A stretch of 64,000 nucleotides of DNA from Nitrospira sp. Its GTDB lineage: Bacteria; Nitrospirota; Nitrospiria; Nitrospirales; Nitrospiraceae. Shown piece after piece: positions 59,440 to 64,000 of the stretch (within the stretch, counting starts at the first letter, position 1; the number at the start of each line of letters is the position of its first letter). Location: NCBI GenBank assembly GCA_047150005.1, contig AP038806.1, forward strand, positions 992,001-1,056,000, written 5' to 3'. The notes under the pieces are model-generated. The model was not told the origin of the DNA. It was given only the letters and a program-made list of their open reading frames with translations, and did no database searches. The position numbers were made by a program, and so were the translations under genes.

Positions 59440-60084
59440 TTACGACGGCGGCGTCTTGCTGAGCATGCGATCGATCTCCTCCGCGAAGGCTTCGAACGGA
59501 AAAGCGCCGGGAATAGCGACGGCAGGATCCTTTTCCGTCGGGCCGGCGGCCGTGTACATCAGGATGAATCCCGGGGTCCCGTGGAATCCCCAGCGGTTTG
59601 CCTCCTGCCGATCCTGGAAGATCGATTCCAAATGGCGCCGTTCATCAAAACACTGCCCGAACGCAGCCTGATCCAGCCCGATCGCTTTGGCAAATCCCTT
59701 GAACGCACTGGATTCCAAGCGCCCGCCTTCCGTGAACAAACGATCATGCATCGCCCAATATCGCCCTTGGGCGCCGGCGCACCGCGCCGCCACGGCCGCG
59801 TCGACTCCGACGCCGCGATCGGCACGCGGATAATCTCGATACACGAATTTCACTTTTCCGGTATCGATGTACTTGGCCTGCAGCCTCGGCAACGTCTCGC
59901 GGAAGAACTTGAGGCAGTAGCCACAGGTAAAGTCGGAATATTCGACTAGCGTAATCGGGGCATCCGCCCGCCCTCTGATCCGTCCGTCATCAGTGATCGT
60001 CCCGGCCTCGAGTCCCCCTGCCCATGTAAGGGCAAGGCCCATCACCAAGGAGGACACGATTTTTCGAACCGAGGTCAGCGTCAT
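59440..60084 (-). CDS. DsbA-family thioredoxin-fold protein
   Basis: Signal peptide, EYSDFTCGYC, GTP cis-Pro loop. Confidence 0.9.
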   Translation of the reverse strand: MTLTSVRKIVSSLVMGLALTWAGGLEAGTITDDGRIRGRADAPITLVEYSDFTCGYCLKFFRETLPRLQAKYIDTGKVKFVYRDYPRADRGVGVDAAVAARCAGAQGRYWAMHDRLFTEGGRLESSAFKGFAKAIGLDQAAFGQCFDERRHLESIFQDRQEANRWGFHGTPGFILMYTAAGPTEKDPAVAIPGAFPFEAFAEEIDRMLSKTPPS

Positions 60085-61190
60085 GTTTTGCGGGCAGCCC
60101 GTTTGAGTTTCATTCGTTCCAGCAAACCGACCATCAACAACGGCCAGACAACCGTCGCATCGCTCAAGACCTCGGCGAAACGCCCGCCCTCCTCAGGGGA
60201 GACGAATTTGCCCCACGAGATGCCCTCCTGATAGGTGCACCCACTCAGACCGCCCCAATAGTCCGGCTCCGGACAGATCCGCACTCCATAGTGAAAGCGG
60301 GGAGGCTTGACGTTGAGTCCCAGTCGCATGTTGCTGATCTCGATATACGGTCCCACCTGCTGAGACCAGTTGCGAGGGACTCCCCCGCCGATCGTAAAAA
60401 TTCCCAGGCGCTTGGCCGAAGTGATGTGCGTCGTGTAGCTGTTGAGATCCTGATAGGGATTGAAGGACGGGCAGGATTTGTTGATCGTCCGGAGGATATC
60501 CAGATCGCTCCCACCTTTGGTTTGAGCACGCGCCTGATCCACCACGCGGCCCATCGCCCAGGTTCCGACATCCAGGCCCATTTCGGAATCGGTAAAGGCG
60601 GGAATATAGACCGGAACCTTCTTGAGATAGGCACTTTTCAGGATGCCGGCTCCGTCGAATTCCTCCGCCAGCGTCCGGCCGAGCTCGCGGGTCAGCAATT
60701 CCGACGACAACGGCTGGTTCGGGTCGATCCGCTTCATCGTCTGGCCGACGACATGCTCGACATAGTTCAGATTCGATTCCATCTCGAGCGTGTCGTAGAC
60801 GCGATTGTACCCTTTGCGGAACAACTCCTCGTCGCTCATCGACGGATGATGACGATAATGTGTTTTCCCAACCGACTCGCTGAGCCCGTGGGCGATCAAG
60901 GCCCCGGTCGAGACGACGCATTGCACCATCCCATGGTCGATCATGGTGCTGATGATCTTGCCCATCTTCGCAATGGTCATGGCCCCGGACAGGGTCATCA
61001 CGACGGAGCAGTCCGGATCGTCGATCATCGCCGACAAGACTTCGTAGGCTTCGCCCAGCCGGCGGCCCCCGAAGGCGGTCTTGCGCATCGCGGTCAACAG
61101 GTCGTCGAATGATGTGATAGCTTCGGGATCGAGAGGCTCCAGCGCTTCAAGTCCGTCCTTCGCCCCGTCCCGAAATTCTCTAGCGCCCAT
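60081..61190 (-). CDS. Deoxyhypusine synthase-like protein (probable homospermidine pathway enzyme)
   Basis: LSGA, STGA, NRVYD, PAFTDS, IGGGVPRN, GGLSGCT..E..SWGK (active Lys), DAT. Confidence 0.9.
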   Translation of the reverse strand: MGAREFRDGAKDGLEALEPLDPEAITSFDDLLTAMRKTAFGGRRLGEAYEVLSAMIDDPDCSVVMTLSGAMTIAKMGKIISTMIDHGMVQCVVSTGALIAHGLSESVGKTHYRHHPSMSDEELFRKGYNRVYDTLEMESNLNYVEHVVGQTMKRIDPNQPLSSELLTRELGRTLAEEFDGAGILKSAYLKKVPVYIPAFTDSEMGLDVGTWAMGRVVDQARAQTKGGSDLDILRTINKSCPSFNPYQDLNSYTTHITSAKRLGIFTIGGGVPRNWSQQVGPYIEISNMRLGLNVKPPRFHYGVRICPEPDYWGGLSGCTYQEGISWGKFVSPEEGGRFAEVLSDATVVWPLLMVGLLERMKLKRAARKT

Positions 61191-61241
61191 AAGAGTAAGA
61201 GTCGTCCTGTTCCGGATGTGGAAGCAGAGGGAAGCGCATCC

Positions 61242-61271
61242 GTTATACACAACCGACGCCGGAGGCGTCAA
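61242..61271 (-). promoter_or_regulatory. Sigma70-type promoter of the DHS-like operon
   Basis: TTGACG-18 nt-TATAAC on the minus strand. Confidence 0.6.
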
Positions 61272-61487
61272 TTGAAGGTCGAGCTGATAATCCCTTGTCC
61301 ATACGGCAGACGCTGCCTGTATGGATCATGGAGATGGACAGCGCGACGCACGCGCTCATGCCGTGGAGGATTGCCGCAAGACAAGACCCTGGGACTGAGG
61401 GCAGGCTTGACCGATATCTCGTCCCGATATAGCATCGGCAGCCTCCCGCGGGATCTCTCGATCTGTTCACCGCAAGAGTATTGATCC

Positions 61488-61745
61488 ATGATTCATGGAA
61501 CCTTCACGGCGGGCTACTATGCGCTGAACGGCGACCGGATCTTTCTCGACTTCGAAGCTCGATTCTTGCGGAAGGACTGGGACAATGAACTTCGGTCGTG
61601 GATTCTGCGGTCACCCAGCAATTGGATCCGTTTGTGGTCTCTCCGTTTCGGGCGCACCCACATCAAGGCTGTGCTGCTGGACGAGGCATGGTTCGAGGGA
61701 AACCCTTTGGCGACCTGCTGCAACGTCGGCAGCGGCCTGGACTGA
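61488..61745 (+). CDS. Hypothetical protein (85 aa)
   Basis: ORF fills the gap before the DMT gene; no family recognised. Confidence 0.4.
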   Translation: MIHGTFTAGYYALNGDRIFLDFEARFLRKDWDNELRSWILRSPSNWIRLWSLRFGRTHIKAVLLDEAWFEGNPLATCCNVGSGLD

Positions 61746-61788
61746 ATATCCACACGGGGGGATGCACAATGGTCACGGAGGATATCCA

Positions 61789-62139
61789 ATGAAGCTGTCA
61801 ACGGTTACCCTTCTTATTCTGTCCAATGTCTTCATGACGATCGCCTGGTATGGCCATCTGCGATTCATGGATCGGCCGCTCTGGGTGGTCGTGGTCGCCA
61901 GCTGGGGAATCGCTTTTTTTGAGTATTGTCTACAGGTGCCGGCCAATCGATTCGGCTATTACGCGGTCACGGCCTATGAACTCAAGACCGTTCAGGAAGT
62001 CATCACCCTGACGGTTTTTATTGTTTTCGCGCAACTGTATCTGGGCGAGCACCTGAGGCCAAAGCATCTGGCGGGATTTATTCTGCTGATCGTGGCGGCC
62101 TGGATGGTGTTCCAGGACCGTTATGGCCTGGAGTGGTGA
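61789..62139 (+). CDS. DMT-superfamily small membrane protein (DUF486)
   Basis: SNVFMT.AWYGHL, SWGIAFFEYCLQVPANR, LK..QEVITL; GGAGG RBS. Confidence 0.9.
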   Translation: MKLSTVTLLILSNVFMTIAWYGHLRFMDRPLWVVVVASWGIAFFEYCLQVPANRFGYYAVTAYELKTVQEVITLTVFIVFAQLYLGEHLRPKHLAGFILLIVAAWMVFQDRYGLEW

Positions 62140-62207
62140 GACGGGATGACGAGCGGTTCCCACGATCTCATTTCAGCACCGCCCTTCACTTCAGGAAGCT
62201 CGGCCAC

Positions 62208-63032
62208 TCACGGGCCCGGACCGCCCTCGGAAGAGGACGCCAGTTCCGCACTTTGCGGGAGACTTCGCTCGACAACTATTGAAATGGTGCCCGGCATCCG
62301 GCTTTGAGGCCAAGATTCCAGTTTGACATGAGCGTCCCAGGCCGACGCAATCGCCTGCTTCACTTCCTGTGGCGAAGCATCGATTGTGCTGAGGAATGCG
62401 CCATGGAGCCGGTCGCCTCGATAGTCGGGTCTTCTCCGAGGTTCCTTCAGGTACCGTGCGATGAGGTCGGCCCGCATGCCGTAAAGGATGGTGCCGTGAA
62501 AGAGGAGCCCTTTTCGTTTCCTCCGCTGCGCATTTCCCGAAATCTTGAGTCCGGCGACGCCCAGATCGCTGGTACCTTGGAAAGCGATTGCCGGCTCCCA
62601 TCGTTGGAGTGCATGGGCGATGCGCTGCAAGATAAATTGATTGGTGGAACGAATGTCGCTCAAATCGGGATGAAAGGACAGCGGAAGCACGAAAGCGTAG
62701 GAAAGACAGCCGGGTCCCTGTAAGACGGTCCCGCCGCCGCTCGCCCGCCGCAGTATTGGTATGCCGTCTTGTTCGCAGGCGGTGAGATCGATGTCCTCCG
62801 CGAGAATCGAGGCACGGCCCAGCACGGCAAAGTGGCGATCGCTTTCCCAGAAGCGCAGTACGGGGTTGCCGCCGTTCTCCTCCAGATCATCCAGCAAGAC
62901 TTCGTCGAGGGCGAGATTCTCAATCGGAGAGGGAAGGGTTAAATCGAGTAGACGAACCGGCTGCGCGACGCTATCGGCTGACCGCGCGCCCGTGAGCGAT
63001 TTGTCCTCGGAACGGTCGGCGTCCAACGTCAT
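62208..63032 (-). CDS. Lipoate-protein ligase A family protein
   Basis: NLALDE, LRFWE, RRASGGGTV, KISGNAQ, HGT. Confidence 0.9.
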   Translation of the reverse strand: MTLDADRSEDKSLTGARSADSVAQPVRLLDLTLPSPIENLALDEVLLDDLEENGGNPVLRFWESDRHFAVLGRASILAEDIDLTACEQDGIPILRRASGGGTVLQGPGCLSYAFVLPLSFHPDLSDIRSTNQFILQRIAHALQRWEPAIAFQGTSDLGVAGLKISGNAQRRKRKGLLFHGTILYGMRADLIARYLKEPRRRPDYRGDRLHGAFLSTIDASPQEVKQAIASAWDAHVKLESWPQSRMPGTISIVVERSLPQSAELASSSEGGPGP

Positions 63033-63037
63033 CTCGC

Positions 63038-64000
63038 TCAGACTGCGTGTTTCCTTCCCTTGCCGACACCGGCGGCAGGCTGCTCTGAACGCCTGTAGTC
63101 CTGAAGGCTGCGCGGGATGATGCCCTCCGAGAGCGTCGGATACGTGCCCAGGAGTGCCTTCATCCCGAGTCTCGTGAACCGCGCATCTCTGTTGGCAATA
63201 AGGGTGCGAATCTGGTGCTTCACGCGGCCCTTCGCTTCGCGGAATACCTCATGTGCAAGATCCCACACCTCTGAGGGTCCGGCCGCCCCCTTGTGCGATT
63301 CTGCATAGAGCGCGGTGGCCGCAATCGCAACAAGGTCTTCCCCGATGCTTTCGATGCGGTTTTGGCGCCCTTGGTCGTCTCGAAGTGTCTGCCGGTGCCA
63401 TACCACGGAGTAAAACATCGCGCGCGCGAGTCGTCGGCTTGCGCGTTCCACGAACCGCAGTGTGGGGCGGACTTGTGGATGTCGGAACTCCGGTCGAGAG
63501 GATAAACGTCTCGGCATCCATTGCTTCACGTACCAGGGGAGATAGAAGCTGACGAGACGCCCCAACTCCAGGAGCCGCCGCCAGCTCGTCACGTCTTCCT
63601 CGAGGTAATTCCGGGCCCGCTCAAGGTGCGTATTGAACCCCTCGCGTGCCACGAACGGACGCAGGATATCGGTCGCGCCTTCCCCGATCCGGTACATCTC
63701 AGCATCACGGACGAGTTGTTCGATCCCGAATGCCGGTTCTCCCCGAATCCTTTTGGAATCAGCCGTTTCGTATCCCATTCCTCCAAAAATGATCTGGGCA
63801 TCCTTCAGAAACTGGATCGTGTGTTCCGAACAGAATATTTTCGCGATCGCCGATTCAATTCGAACGTCGTAGTCGAACTGGTCCGCCATTCGCCACACGG
63901 AGAAGGCGAGCGCTTCCATGGCAAAGAGGTCGGCGGCCATACGACCCAACCGCATGCGCTGTGTCTGTCGCTCGCCGAGTGGTTTCTGGAAGGTCCATCG
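63038..64000 (-). CDS. Acyl-CoA dehydrogenase, C-terminal part (gene starts beyond the window)
   Basis: FQKPLGE, ESAIAK, AQIIFGGMGY, RDA..YRIGEGATDI. Confidence 0.88.
   Translation of the reverse strand, partial: RWTFQKPLGERQTQRMRLGRMAADLFAMEALAFSVWRMADQFDYDVRIESAIAKIFCSEHTIQFLKDAQIIFGGMGYETADSKRIRGEPAFGIEQLVRDAEMYRIGEGATDILRPFVAREGFNTHLERARNYLEEDVTSWRRLLELGRLVSFYLPWYVKQWMPRRLSSRPEFRHPQVRPTLRFVERASRRLARAMFYSVVWHRQTLRDDQGRQNRIESIGEDLVAIAATALYAESHKGAAGPSEVWDLAHEVFREAKGRVKHQIRTLIANRDARFTRLGMKALLGTYPTLSEGIIPRSLQDYRRSEQPAAGVGKGRKHAV

Noticed and set aside
61297..61326. Hairpin GTCCATACGGCAG-ACG-CTGCCTGTATGGAT between divergent genes
   Set aside because: No U-tract, and it lies upstream of the predicted promoter; no function can be supported.
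1..64000. CRISPR arrays, tRNA/rRNA genes, prophage or defence islands
   Set aside because: No regularly spaced repeats, cloverleaf motifs, phage genes or recognisable defence genes were seen by eye.

Overview
A GC-rich bacterial chromosomal segment of mostly housekeeping genes. Gene content and order suggest Nitrospirota (Nitrospira-like); this is an inference. In order it carries: the 3' end of hflC, fhs, an M23 peptidase, cutA, a rhodanese, and one intact IS481-family element inserted into the last codons of an NAD-dependent epimerase; the zapB-zapA-(structured RNA)-rny-ymdB-xseA-xseB-tlyA run; a lytic transglycosylase, rlmN, an M16 peptidase pair and larE; the F0 half of ATP synthase; pabB/pabC-like genes and nadB; a 31-aa bS22-like ribosomal protein missing from the ORF track; an MsbA-like exporter and an orphan PhoB-like regulator; mgsA and a TIGR03790 protein; a DUF692(MNIO)-dus-maf operon; LOG, DHH and rhomboid genes; a degenerate hybrid kinase; purEK; an HlyD-TolC-degenerate ABC-four-helix-bundle cluster; a polyamine cluster (DHS-like, ALDH, pyruvoyl arginine decarboxylase, agmatinase); and lipoate-ligase and acyl-CoA dehydrogenase genes. 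I saw no CRISPR array, tRNA or rRNA. Best leads: (1) a precursor-less, atypical MNIO enzyme translationally coupled to a tRNA dihydrouridine synthase and Maf; (2) about 410 nt of multi-domain structured RNA between zapA and rny; (3) a type I secretion-like cluster whose only ATPase looks catalytically dead; (4) a hybrid kinase lacking both phospho-acceptor residues. All family calls come from motif recognition by eye, not database searches.
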